Below the pieces are notes generated by a model. It searched no databases and had not been told where the DNA came from. It saw only the letters and a list, made by a program, of their open reading frames with translations. Source: a bacterium (GTDB lineage: Bacteria; Electryoneota; Electryoneia; Electryoneales; Electryoneaceae). From it: a stretch of DNA of 64,000 nucleotides. The stretch lies in the NCBI GenBank assembly GCA_963669175.1, contig OY769902.1, positions 3,008,001 to 3,072,000 on the forward strand, given 5' to 3'. The first letter of the stretch is position 1; each line of letters begins with the position of its first letter. This document shows, piece after piece, positions 36,397-46,551 of this stretch. The translations under genes were made by a program, and so were the position numbers.

Positions 36397-36702
36397 ATGC
36401 ATCCGCTGGTGAACGGTATTCTTCTGATTGCAGTTGGCATTTTTATCATCACCTTTTATGGCCTTCCGGTCGGACGTTACCTCATGTGGACCTTTGTTGA
36501 AGTGCCAGCCATTTTCGCCTATATCGGTGGCGGAATACTGATCGTTGTGGGAATCCTGGGAATAGCCGGGGTTACTTTCAAATCGACGGTTATGGGGCGC
36601 GTCATTGTCATTGGCTGGATTGTTTTCATGGGGATCGGTGTTCTCGTTCAACACCTGATGCCAGCCTTGAAAAGGAAATCCGATTATCGCCAGGAAGATT
36701 GA
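36397..36702 (+). CDS. Small hypothetical membrane protein (3 TM)
   Basis: RBS GGGGGAG; hydrophobic segments. Confidence 0.65.
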   Translation: MHPLVNGILLIAVGIFIITFYGLPVGRYLMWTFVEVPAIFAYIGGGILIVVGILGIAGVTFKSTVMGRVIVIGWIVFMGIGVLVQHLMPALKRKSDYRQED

Positions 36703-36753
36703 CTTTCGAATTAGTAGGAATAGTCAACTCATCTGGCATTTCTATTCATAAGT

Positions 36754-36791
36754 AAAATCCGGGCAGCAGAATCGAAGTCCACTGCCCGGAT
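36754..36791. terminator. Terminator between convergent genes
   Basis: atccgggcag/ctgcccggat stem. Confidence 0.6.
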
Positions 36792-36884
36792 AGCTGGAAT
36801 GTTTTCACGGTTTTATCAAAAATAGTTTTGTTAAGTATCCTGTCTAATCCTTATCATCCTTTGCATCCTGTAAATTCAACCACA

Positions 36885-37637
36885 TCAAGCAACAATCGAG
36901 TACCCGCCATCCACGACGATTGTCTGCCCGACAATCATTTTCGCCTGTTCACTGACCATGAGTTGAACCACATCAGCCACATCATCCGGCGTAACCAGGC
37001 GACCGGCCGGAGTTTTCTCCATGCTGTTCTGCAGGATCGAGTCACGGTTCGGGAAATACTTTAATGCATCGGTATCCACAACACCCGCGGAAATGATGTT
37101 GACATTCACATTTTTGGGCGCAAGTTCAATCGCCAGGTGTCGCACCAGTGATTCAAGGGCTGCTTTCGACGCGCCCACAGCCGCATAATTCGGAATTGCA
37201 CGAACGGAGCCCAATGATGAGATCGCCAGCACATGCCCGCTGTCCTTCATCATGGGGATCGCGTGCTGAACCAGGTGCAGCAGGGTTGCCGCATTGATGT
37301 CCATGGTCCAGTCCCAGTGCTTGCGAGTCAGTTCCAGAGCCGGTTTCAGTACACCAGACGCCGCATTGGAAACGAGAACATCCAGACGTCCGAAATCCTG
37401 CTCGAGCTGTTCGAACATGCCATGCAACTGGGATTCATCGGCTACATTGGCACGGTACATCGTACCCTTCACGCCGTATGCCTCGATCTCTTCCACCGTC
37501 TGGCGGGCTGCTTTACGATTGCGCCAGAAATTGATCCCTACGTTGTAACCCTGGCTTGCCAGACGCAACGCAATGGCTTTTCCGATTCCACGCGATCCAC
37601 CGGTAATCAGGGCTGCTTTTCTTGTATCTGAACTCAT
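36885..37637 (-). CDS. fabL: Enoyl-ACP reductase FabL-like SDR
   Basis: TGGSRGIG, NAASGVLKP, SSLGS, YAAVGASKAALESLVR, GVVDTDAL..FP. Confidence 0.8.
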   Translation of the reverse strand: MSSDTRKAALITGGSRGIGKAIALRLASQGYNVGINFWRNRKAARQTVEEIEAYGVKGTMYRANVADESQLHGMFEQLEQDFGRLDVLVSNAASGVLKPALELTRKHWDWTMDINAATLLHLVQHAIPMMKDSGHVLAISSLGSVRAIPNYAAVGASKAALESLVRHLAIELAPKNVNVNIISAGVVDTDALKYFPNRDSILQNSMEKTPAGRLVTPDDVADVVQLMVSEQAKMIVGQTIVVDGGYSIVA

Positions 37638-37936
37638 CTATCTATCCTCCAAAATCGAAAGTTTACTTGTGTTGTCGCGGGGAAGTTAGAGCATCCTTAC
37701 AGTATGTGCAAGCATGGAAATAAGCTGTCTCCCGACTTCGAGGGGCAGATTTTTCGTAAATCCTGCTAATGGGCTAATAAAACTGGACTTATTGCGATTC
37801 TTGTGAAACTCATAGCATAAAGAATTGTCTCTCCAAAAGTTAGAAAATGAAAATTAGGGCTACCAAACTTGTTTGGAATTCATCTAATTTTATACACGAA
37901 ACACAATCGTTCAACATACAACAAAAGGGGTAACCC

Positions 37937-38380
37937 ATGTTTATACAGGATGTGTTGAAAGCCAAGGGCGGTGAGGTTGTTGAGATCAGCTCCGGCGGGA
38001 ATGTGGTTGACGCTGTACGTTTGATGGTTGCGAAGAAGGTCGGCGCGGTGCTGGTGGTTGACATTGACCGGAACCCGCTCGGGATTTTTACGGAACGTGA
38101 TAACCTGCGCATTACTGCTGCGGAGAATGTTGATCCTGGCGCTGCGGTGGTTGATGATTACATGTCACGTGATCTTGTTGTCGGTCTGCCAGCCGATAAG
38201 GTGGAAGAGGCGATGGCGGTGATGACGGATCAGCGAGTGCGTCACCTTCCGATCCTGGAAGAAGGGAAGCTCATTGGCCTTGTTTCCATCGGGGATCTGG
38301 TGAAGGCTACCTCTGAGAAATACAGGACGGAGGCGCGTTACCTGCATCAGTACATCACGGATACACCGTACGCTCAATAG
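37937..38380 (+). CDS. CBS domain protein
   Basis: GIFTERD, VRHLPI, GLVSIGDLVK. Confidence 0.92.
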   Translation: MFIQDVLKAKGGEVVEISSGGNVVDAVRLMVAKKVGAVLVVDIDRNPLGIFTERDNLRITAAENVDPGAAVVDDYMSRDLVVGLPADKVEEAMAVMTDQRVRHLPILEEGKLIGLVSIGDLVKATSEKYRTEARYLHQYITDTPYAQ

Positions 38381-38389
38381 CAAATAGAA

Positions 38390-38416
38390 AACGCGGGCAG
38401 ATTTCATGTCCGCGTT
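38390..38416. terminator. Hairpin between convergent genes
   Basis: aacgcgggca/tgtccgcgtt. Confidence 0.55.
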
Positions 38417-38438
38417 GTGATTTCCAAGTCAATTGTGA

Positions 38439-38681
38439 TCACAGTTTGTTGTGAGAACCATCGCAGAACGGTTTATTTTTCGTGTGCTTGCACATGCAAA
38501 GCCATACTTCCTTTTCTTCCGTGATTTCGAATTTCTCCGGGGCGAATCCACCCTCAACCTTGTTATGGGTTCCGTCGCAGAAAGGCTGGTTGCTGGAATG
38601 TCCACAGGAACACCAGTAGTAGGTTCCGGGCTTCAGCGTCATGTTTTTCGGTTTGTTTTCGGCAATCTTCGGTTCGGCCAT
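38439..38681 (-). CDS. Double CDGSH iron-sulfur domain protein
   Basis: WCSCGHS.NQPFCDGTH and LCMCKHT.NKPFCDGSH. Confidence 0.95.
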   Translation of the reverse strand: MAEPKIAENKPKNMTLKPGTYYWCSCGHSSNQPFCDGTHNKVEGGFAPEKFEITEEKEVWLCMCKHTKNKPFCDGSHNKL

Positions 38682-38794
38682 CGCTGGATTCTCCTGTTAT
38701 GATCGAAAGCTTGTTCCATGAAGTATAGTAAATTCACGTGTCGAGCTGGGATAACTGAGTATTAAGAAGTGTTTCGAGGGGAGGCAGGGGCGAG

Positions 38795-39454
38795 CTACTT
38801 TTCCCCGAGCTGCTTCAGTCTGAAGGAAACGCGGTGGATCGCACAGCGTCCGTGTTTCCGAATTGCTTCAACATGCAATCTTGTTCCATACCCCTTGTGC
38901 TGTGCGAATCCGTATTCCGGGTATTTCTTATCCATTTCGACCATGATTCTGTCACGATAAACCTTGGCGAGGATAGAGGCCGCGCCAATGGAGAAACTTC
39001 TGCCGTCACCTTTTATCAGGTTCACCTGATGCCCAACCGCCAGCGGTGGAATACGACCATCAACAAACACGCCTGGGTTATCGACTTTCAGCTTTTCCGC
39101 GACTTCTTTTACCGCTTGGGCCATCGCTTCACGCGTTGCCATCAGGATATTGATTTCATCAATCCGCTTCGGGCTGGATTCAACGATGGACCAGGCAAGC
39201 GCTTTTTCGCAGATAACCGGGAAGAGTTCTTCACGCCTTTTTGCGGTCAGTTGTTTGGAATCGCCGATACCTTCGATGATAACATCAGGGGAAAACGCCG
39301 CTGCCGCCGTCACAACCGGTCCGGCAAGGGGACCGCGTCCGGCTTCATCCACGCCGATAACAGTCCATCCCTCACGTATCCAGCCCACCTCAGGACCGAA
39401 AAGGCCGCCGGGCACCAGAGCAGATTCATCATGTATCTCGAAAAAATCGGGCAT
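38795..39454 (-). CDS. rnhB: Ribonuclease HII
   Basis: GVDEAGRGPLAGPV, DSKQL, KGD...SI.AASILAKV.RD, HKGYGT. Confidence 0.95.
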   Translation of the reverse strand: MPDFFEIHDESALVPGGLFGPEVGWIREGWTVIGVDEAGRGPLAGPVVTAAAAFSPDVIIEGIGDSKQLTAKRREELFPVICEKALAWSIVESSPKRIDEINILMATREAMAQAVKEVAEKLKVDNPGVFVDGRIPPLAVGHQVNLIKGDGRSFSIGAASILAKVYRDRIMVEMDKKYPEYGFAQHKGYGTRLHVEAIRKHGRCAIHRVSFRLKQLGEK

Positions 39455-39668
39455 TCCGCATCTCCGTTGAAGCGAGAAAAGTAAGCGGATAAATCGGTAA
39501 TTTCCACCGTACAGGAGGATACAGCGATAATTCATCATTGCGTTTTATCACTTTCCTTTGTACCTATTAACGCTACTGGTATTACGATTGAGATGGAGAA
39601 CGTCTTGCTGAGAATGAAACTGTTCAGTATTGCGGAAGTGTAACAGTCCGAAAACAGGAGAGAGTGAT

Positions 39669-40514
39669 ATGCGTGATACACGTGATCCGGGAATTCAAAG
39701 CGTTGCACGTTTTGTAGCCGACAAGATTCAGCTTGAGCCTGAAATTGCCCTGGTTCTTGGGAGCGGTTTGGGGTCTTTCGCCGAAGATGTGGAAGACAAG
39801 GTTGTCCTGCCCACAAACGAGATCGAAGGGTATCCGGTCAGCACGGTTGAAGGTCATGCCGGAAAGATTGTTGCGGGAAAGGTGGACGGTATAAAAGTCC
39901 TGGTGTTCCAGGGACGTGTCCACTATTACGAAGGTTACCCGATGGCGCAGGTGGTTTTTCCGGTACGTCTTGCGGCTACTTTGGGTGTGAAAGCCCTGAT
40001 TGTCACCAACGCTTCCGGTGGGCTGGGCGACGATTTTCAGCCTGGCGACCTGATGCTGATTACGGACCATATCAACCTGATGGGCACGAATCCGCTCATC
40101 GGTCAAACCTGGGGCTTCGACCGTTTCCCGGACATGAGCCGGGCTTATCATCCGGAACTGCGTGCTGCCATCGAGCAGGCTGCATTAGCGCAGAAAATTG
40201 TCCTGAAACATGGTATCCTGGGCGGTTGGTCCGGGCCGACCTATGAGACAGTTGCTGAAGTTCGTATGCTGAAGCAGTTGGGTGTTTCAGCAGCATGTAT
40301 GTCAACCATTCCCGAGGTCATTACCGCAGCACGTTTGAAACTGCCGGCTTGTGGCGTGTCCTGCATTACCAACCTCGCATCGGGATTGTCGGATAAGCCG
40401 TTGGCCCATGAAGAAGTAACAGAGGTTGCCGCGCTGGTAGAGGGGAAATTCCACTCGCTGATCCGTGCAGCGGTACCCGAAGTGGCGAATGCAGCAGCGA
40501 AAATTGTGCTATAG
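39669..40514 (+). CDS. punA: Purine-nucleoside phosphorylase (trimeric type)
   Basis: LGSGLG, GHAG, GRVHYYEG, TNASGG, GPTYET.AE, MSTIPE, ITNLA. Confidence 0.93.
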   Translation: MRDTRDPGIQSVARFVADKIQLEPEIALVLGSGLGSFAEDVEDKVVLPTNEIEGYPVSTVEGHAGKIVAGKVDGIKVLVFQGRVHYYEGYPMAQVVFPVRLAATLGVKALIVTNASGGLGDDFQPGDLMLITDHINLMGTNPLIGQTWGFDRFPDMSRAYHPELRAAIEQAALAQKIVLKHGILGGWSGPTYETVAEVRMLKQLGVSAACMSTIPEVITAARLKLPACGVSCITNLASGLSDKPLAHEEVTEVAALVEGKFHSLIRAAVPEVANAAAKIVL

Positions 40515-40540
40515 AGAACGCTGATTTACCTGCACTGAGG

Positions 40541-41428
40541 ATGCAAACGATGAAGCTGAAGTCACGGTTGACCTTCCTGGTGGTGATCATCATGCTGGCT
40601 CTTGCCATGAACGGGTGCAGCATGCAGAAACTGGTCGTCCGTTCTACCGGGGGAATTCTGGACGGCGCTTTTGAGGCGCTGATGATGGAAGGCGATCTGC
40701 CCCTGGCGCAGACAGCGATCGAATCCGACCTGAAACTGCTTGAAGGCTTGCTTCAGGCTGATCCTGAGAACAAAAAACTTCTCCTGTTGGCGGCGCAGGG
40801 ATTCACCAGCTATGCCCTGGGATTTGTAGAGGACCAGGACACTGTGCGGGCGACTGCGCTTTATCTGCGCGCCAGTGATTATGCAAACCGATGGGTGGAA
40901 TTGACAACAGGAATAGATCTGCTGGCGATTCAATCCATGGACGAGTTCGAGGCTACTGCGAAAGACTTGCCTGACAAGGCCGTCCCCGGTGTTTTCTGGC
41001 TGGCGAATTCCTGGGGCTCGGCGATCATGCTCAACATTGACGATGTGAGTCTTGTCGCCGACCTGCCCAATGTTGAGAAGTTGATGGCTTATGTGCTGGA
41101 TCGTGACGAAGCGTTTTATTTCGCCGGAGCACACCTGTTTTATTGCGGTTATTATGGGGCGCTACCCAGGATGTTCGGTGGCGACCTGGGAAAGGCCAAG
41201 GCGCATATTGATCGTCAACGCGAGCTGACCGGTGATGGCTTCCTGCTGGCCGATCTGTTTGAGGTTAAGTTTGTTGCGTTGAAACAGTTTGATGAAGAGC
41301 GTGCCCGTGAATTGCTGACGAGGATTTGTGAGTACGATGTAAATCAACAACCTGCTATCCGTTTGATGAATCGAGTCGCGCAGGAAAAGGCCAGATGGTT
41401 GGAAGAAAATCTGGATTTGTTTCTGTAG
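40541..41428 (+). CDS. TRAP transporter TatT component family lipoprotein
   Basis: Lipobox MNG-C; LKLLEGLL..DP.N, GF.SYA.GF, LP.MFGG...KA, N.VA..KA. Confidence 0.8.
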   Translation: MQTMKLKSRLTFLVVIIMLALAMNGCSMQKLVVRSTGGILDGAFEALMMEGDLPLAQTAIESDLKLLEGLLQADPENKKLLLLAAQGFTSYALGFVEDQDTVRATALYLRASDYANRWVELTTGIDLLAIQSMDEFEATAKDLPDKAVPGVFWLANSWGSAIMLNIDDVSLVADLPNVEKLMAYVLDRDEAFYFAGAHLFYCGYYGALPRMFGGDLGKAKAHIDRQRELTGDGFLLADLFEVKFVALKQFDEERARELLTRICEYDVNQQPAIRLMNRVAQEKARWLEENLDLFL

Positions 41429-41450
41429 GGATTTACAGCAGATGAACAAT

Positions 41451-41481
41451 GGGGACGAGCCGAGATGGTTTGTCCCTTTTT
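41451..41481 (+). terminator. Intrinsic terminator
   Basis: gggacgagcc/ggtttgtccc followed by ttttt. Confidence 0.7.
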
Positions 41482-41490
41482 CGGTTCCTC

Positions 41491-41805
41491 ACAAGAATTT
41501 GTGCATCCGGGCAATGTTGTGGCAGGTCTTGACGCGACATTCTGTTTTCGGCTTTCACAATGTTTTCCTGAATGCACGATGATACTGAAACCACCTCTCG
41601 TCCTGTTATTGTCGCGTTGTGACCTGCCACCAGTATCAGCATTCTCGCTGTCGTCAGGTCACAACGTGATGACAGATGACGAAAATCACGCGGAATAGCA
41701 GGTGTGAGTCGGACAAGTGTCTGAAATTGCGGAGAAGAACAAGAAAAAGGCATAACGTCAAGACCTGACGAAACGTGCTCGCCGATAATATGCACAAATA
41801 CTTGT
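41491..41805. mobile_element. REPIN/MITE-like element, family C (caggtc/gacctg)
   Basis: Terminal IR acaagaatttgtgcat/atgcacaaatacttgt (15/16); caggtcttgacg/cgtcaagacctg (12/12); inner cgcgttgtgacctg/caggtcacaacgtg. Confidence 0.7.
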
Positions 41806-41821
41806 AAGCAGCCCCTTTTTC

Positions 41822-42292
41822 TTACCCCATTACGCTATTTATAGCATCGAGCAACATGGAAGGAGTAAATGGTTTCTGTAGAAAACCCTCGATATGTTGC
41901 TGGTTGAACATATCAACTATATTGTCTTCGGTATACCCACTGGCAACCAGGAACCTGGAAGCTGGATTAATTTTACGAATTCTGCGAAAGACTTCGTCAC
42001 CTTTCATGCCCGGTAATTGGATGTCTAAAAGAACAAGATCTATTTCATCGCCCATCTCTTTGTAAATGTCTATTCCTTCCAGACCATCGTCCGCTGTGAT
42101 AACATGAAGATTATTTCGATTAAGCGTTAAACTAACGAGCCTGGCAACCTGCATCTCGTCTTCAATGTGAAGAATGATCCCACGGCAGTCGGAAGGCTTT
42201 TCGTAGAATACGATAGGTGAAGTCATGGACTGGTGATGCTGGAACGCAGAATCAGGACGTTTATCAATAGCAGCATGCACTTCGTTCTTCAT
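41822..42292 (-). CDS. Stand-alone response regulator receiver protein
   Basis: ILHIEDE, DLVLLDIQLPGMKG, ASGY, FLQKPF. Confidence 0.88.
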   Translation of the reverse strand: MKNEVHAAIDKRPDSAFQHHQSMTSPIVFYEKPSDCRGIILHIEDEMQVARLVSLTLNRNNLHVITADDGLEGIDIYKEMGDEIDLVLLDIQLPGMKGDEVFRRIRKINPASRFLVASGYTEDNIVDMFNQQHIEGFLQKPFTPSMLLDAINSVMG

Positions 42293-42479
42293 GACCGCCC
42301 CAATGAAATGAAACTTCCGTTATCAAGCTCGCAGCAAGCTGTTTTGTTGTTGCTTCAATGTCAATACCTGTCAATGCCTCTGAAGGTCAAAAACTGGAGC
42401 AACAGCTTAATCAAAGTAAATTAAAACAACACCGATGTGTTAAAAATGGCTGATTGCGTTTTATGCTGTCTCAGTGAGC

Positions 42480-45422
42480 TTATTTTATCAGCGTATTCTT
42501 CAGAATGATTGAATGTTCGCCTGATTTCACTCGAACCAGATACAGGCCGGAAGCCAGGTCGGAAGCGTCATAGGTCAACAGGTGACGTCCAGCGGTGAGG
42601 TTCTTTGCGCCAAATGACTTTACCTGTTGTCCCAGTATGTTGAACATGGTTATATCAAGCGGCCCTGTCACAGGAAGATACACTTTAATTGTGAATTGAC
42701 TGTTAAAGGGTACAGGATACACTTCGGCAGCGAAATCTCCGGGAAGCGTAGCAACTTGTTCACCTTCAACAAAGGTGTCACGTCCCAGCAGGTATAGCGC
42801 CGTTCGAAGGATCAATTCATCTCGTGTCATCGTGGCTGGAGTGCTGTTATGCAGCTTGTGCAACGGCATTCCATAGCCCACCACACGTCCTGCGTATTGC
42901 CCGTGCGCCGCAACGGCCGTTCCGGTTGGCGTCAGGAAATGATTCGGGCCACCGCAACAAGCCGAGCAGTCGGAAATGCCGGACATGTTATACCCGACAA
43001 CCAGCCTTCCATCAGCTATTTCATCATTCTCCAGACCTACAAACGCGGTGCCGCTGACCTGTGACAGCCATTCACCGGCAATTCCGCCCAGCCATTCCGG
43101 GGATGCGTCCGCATAGATCAGGTTCACAAATTCACCGGAAATGCAGGTGCTGCCTTCCATGGTTGCCCAGCGACGCAATGCGGTATCAGCGGTGGTGAAG
43201 AGGAATTCGGAATACCGTCCATCCACTTCAATCATCACTGCTTCCGTGAGAAACATATCTGAGGGAAGCTGATCCAGATCCACGTTGGGGGTTCCCCAGA
43301 CAATACCGGCAGGTTCAAGCACCTGGATTAACGTATCAATAGCGCCATCCACACCGTCCTCGATCAGGAGAACTTCCGGACGTCCTGTCGCAATTCTAAA
43401 TGACCAGTTGGAGGTATAATCTTCAGCCGCAATCGCCAGGTTCGCACCTGCATAAGCAGGCTCTTCAGGACCGGAGTTACTTACTTCAATCTCAAGGATA
43501 AGCGTTTCCGGTTGCAGGAAAGACAGGTCATCAACATTGCCGGCCGAAGGCTGGAATGTGATGCTTTCCGGGTTTTGAGCAAGCTGCCATGTGGCATTCG
43601 TAAGCGGGAGCCCCATGTTGGTGGCATACACCTGTAGCGTAGCGGTCTCACCAGCCTGGAGGACATTATCAGGACGGTCGCTTTCATCGGCAAGGCGTAT
43701 CCTGAACTGCAAATCCGGGGCTGTGATATCATCACGGTGTACGCTTCGCACCAGGGCTTCATCACGTGGCATCAGCCTCGGGTTTTCCGGTTCCGTAGGC
43801 GACCAGTCTGCAAGTGTCCAGGCAAACGTAGGCTGGTTATTCGGCCAGTTTACTCTTTGTTGGACATTCTCGTCGCCGTAGAACAAGTCCAGCGAGTAAT
43901 AATACTGTCCATGATCCGGGCTGCTCGCATCATCCAGTATTTGAGCAGTGTACAGTACAGTTCCGTCTTCGTTGGTCGTCCAGTGAATCAGCGGGCATTC
44001 TCCACGCCAGATCCATTCATCGAACCATCTCGGCAATGTTTCATCTTCGGTGATTTCAATCCAGGTTTCACGAAGGTCTTCGGTACTGACATATTCATCT
44101 TCAAATGCCGAAATGTATGCAGCAGTCACTTCCGTAAAGGTTTCCATGTCGTAGCGCATGCGCAGCATATGATGCATGACCGCGCCACGTTCATAGGGGA
44201 GAGGTGAGTTCATGGTTGTATAATAGTCCGAATTGACCAATGCCTGATCGTTCCCGGCATTCAACCAGCTCATGTATTCATTACGGTCAGAATGGATAGC
44301 GCTCAAATAATCACTGAAATCTCCCAGGTGCTCTGCCCACAAAGCTTCCGAATAAACGGCATAGCCCTCATTCAGCCAGAAATGGTCCCAGTCTACCGGG
44401 GTGAGCAGATCGGCAAACCACTGGTGGGAGACCTCATGGACGATGATGCTTTCATAGGCACGATTGCCGGTTATCATGTTGTGTCCCAGGGAAACCATGG
44501 TCTGGTGCTCCTGGCCGCCGTTGCCACCAAAGACGCCACATTCCACGATCTTCAATTCTGAGAAGGGATAATCACGTCCAAATGCCTCTTCGAAAACACC
44601 AACCGCTTCCGGTACACGCGCCAGGTCAAATGCGGCAATGGTGGAGTCTTCCGGATAGACATAATAGCGGATCGGAAAAGGATCGGTCTGGGCTGTGATG
44701 ACAGCATAATCAGCGATGCAGAATCCCATTTCGCTGGTGCAGACCGGATTCTCCTCCACCCACACATAATGCGCCATACCTCCAACCTGGTCTTCGGAAT
44801 ACAGGTAACCATTGGCGACAGCATCCAGATCGGCAGGAACAATCAGTTCCCAGGTAATCGGCGCCTTGCAGGCAGGATCATCAAACACGGGGAAAACTGC
44901 GTGAGCGCCGTCGGGAAAAAAGAAGGTGTAAGCACGGCGTGTGTTTGTGTGCATCCATAATCCCATATCACCAAAAGGCCCATCGACAGTGCCCGCAGTA
45001 CCACTGAACGCTATTCTGATTTCCAGATCGGACCAGATACCGTAAGCGTAAGAGATCACAAGCCGGTCGTTGGCATGGGTAAAGTCCAGCGATTGCCCAT
45101 CGGATGTGCGTGTCACGGATTCAATAGTCAAGGTGTTACTGGCAGCGTCCAGGACAATCGTGTCCAGGTCCGTTCCTGTACAGTTTTGCAAATCAATATA
45201 GACATGTCCCTGGAATGTCGATTCTTCAAAATCAAACGCCAGATCGACAGTATACAGATGCGGAATGACAGCAAGATCAGTACGTACAGTGTCCAGTTCA
45301 TTCAGGACGGGAACAGGGTGATAATGGTCCCGGTCAATCCTGAAAGGCATGGAAAGGGCAGTATGCGCTAGGATAAGGAGAAGTCCTGACATCACTGTGA
45401 GGTTGATGAGTCGCTTCTTCAT
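42480..45422 (-). CDS. Secreted M1 family aminopeptidase with C-terminal T9SS-type sorting domain
   Basis: Signal peptide; FPVFDDP..KA, GGQEH, HEVSHQWF...WLNEGYA.Y, PYERGA; YPVPFNS...LASGLYLVR..K..LIK. Confidence 0.92.
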   Translation of the reverse strand: MKKRLINLTVMSGLLLILAHTALSMPFRIDRDHYHPVPVLNELDTVRTDLAVIPHLYTVDLAFDFEESTFQGHVYIDLQNCTGTDLDTIVLDAASNTLTIESVTRTSDGQSLDFTHANDRLVISYAYGIWSDLEIRIAFSGTAGTVDGPFGDMGLWMHTNTRRAYTFFFPDGAHAVFPVFDDPACKAPITWELIVPADLDAVANGYLYSEDQVGGMAHYVWVEENPVCTSEMGFCIADYAVITAQTDPFPIRYYVYPEDSTIAAFDLARVPEAVGVFEEAFGRDYPFSELKIVECGVFGGNGGQEHQTMVSLGHNMITGNRAYESIIVHEVSHQWFADLLTPVDWDHFWLNEGYAVYSEALWAEHLGDFSDYLSAIHSDRNEYMSWLNAGNDQALVNSDYYTTMNSPLPYERGAVMHHMLRMRYDMETFTEVTAAYISAFEDEYVSTEDLRETWIEITEDETLPRWFDEWIWRGECPLIHWTTNEDGTVLYTAQILDDASSPDHGQYYYSLDLFYGDENVQQRVNWPNNQPTFAWTLADWSPTEPENPRLMPRDEALVRSVHRDDITAPDLQFRIRLADESDRPDNVLQAGETATLQVYATNMGLPLTNATWQLAQNPESITFQPSAGNVDDLSFLQPETLILEIEVSNSGPEEPAYAGANLAIAAEDYTSNWSFRIATGRPEVLLIEDGVDGAIDTLIQVLEPAGIVWGTPNVDLDQLPSDMFLTEAVMIEVDGRYSEFLFTTADTALRRWATMEGSTCISGEFVNLIYADASPEWLGGIAGEWLSQVSGTAFVGLENDEIADGRLVVGYNMSGISDCSACCGGPNHFLTPTGTAVAAHGQYAGRVVGYGMPLHKLHNSTPATMTRDELILRTALYLLGRDTFVEGEQVATLPGDFAAEVYPVPFNSQFTIKVYLPVTGPLDITMFNILGQQVKSFGAKNLTAGRHLLTYDASDLASGLYLVRVKSGEHSIILKNTLIK

Positions 45423-45783
45423 GGCGGGTAATCCTCGTATCGTACCGGTTTCAATGGTATATATAAAAGTAATGGCAGAGCGATAGAAAAGAAACACTGT
45501 TTGGTATTTCTAACTCTGTATGGCGCTGGAGTGTCGTATCCTGCTCCCGGTCAAGGGTAGATATTCTTGACACAATCCCCATTCATAAAATAACGCTCAA
45601 CTCCACCCGTGATACAAGAAGGGAAGAGAAAAGGTGAAGTATGCCTGCCGATAAAACCAACGAGATCTCAGGTTGGTAAGCAATTGAAATGATCAGGATT
45701 TACAAGCCTTTGAGTATATGTGTCAACCTTGCTTTGAGTTCAGCCGGAGGTCTATATTACTCATCTCTGAGAAGGAGGGTGTT

Positions 45784-46494
45784 TTGAGCATTGCAGAACG
45801 GTTGCTGCTTGTACGGGAACAGATTGCGAATGCTGCCGTAAAAGCAGGACGAGAGCCGTCAGAGATACAGTTGTTAGCGGTTTCCAAAACGAAACCGGCC
45901 GAGATGGTGGTGGAAGCGGTCCAGGCCGGGCAGACGATGTTCGGCGAGAACAAACTACAGGGCGCGCCTGAGAAAATTGATCGGGTTGCGGAGTTGTTGC
46001 TGCCGGAGAATCCACGCCCGATCTGGCATTTTATCGGGCATTTGCAGTCGAACAAAGTTCGGAAAGTGCTGGAACAGTTTTCATTTGTCCAGAGCCTTGA
46101 TTCAGCAAAACTGGTGGATCGTGTCGAACGCATTGCCGGAGAAATGGGTATCGCGGCGCATGGCCTGTTGCAGGTGAACATTGCAGAGGCGGATTCGCAG
46201 TTTGGTTTTCCGGTTGACGACGTCATGGAAATGGTAGAAGCCTGTGCGGAATATTCTTCGCTTCACATTGACGGTTTGATGGCGATTGGACCCAATACGG
46301 ATGATGAGGTTGAGATCGCATCCGCATTTGCATCGGTGAGAAAACTGGCGGAAAAGATTGAATCACAACACATCGCCAATGTATCCATGAAGACACTTTC
46401 ACTGGGCATGACCGATGACATGGAAATAGCCATTGCCGAGGGCTCCACCATGGTCAGGGTCGGGACAGCGATCTTTGGGCCTCGAAATTACTGA
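45784..46494 (+). CDS. yggS: PLP homeostasis protein YggS/PLPBP
   Basis: LLAVSKT, FGEN, WHFIGHLQSNK, LSLGMTDD, STMVRVGTAIFG; TTG start after GGAGG. Confidence 0.93.
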   Translation: MSIAERLLLVREQIANAAVKAGREPSEIQLLAVSKTKPAEMVVEAVQAGQTMFGENKLQGAPEKIDRVAELLLPENPRPIWHFIGHLQSNKVRKVLEQFSFVQSLDSAKLVDRVERIAGEMGIAAHGLLQVNIAEADSQFGFPVDDVMEMVEACAEYSSLHIDGLMAIGPNTDDEVEIASAFASVRKLAEKIESQHIANVSMKTLSLGMTDDMEIAIAEGSTMVRVGTAIFGPRNY

Positions 46495-46551
46495 TAAACA
46501 ATTAGATAGCAACGACAAGTAAACCTTTTTACGTAGAGCGGAGGGACATAC

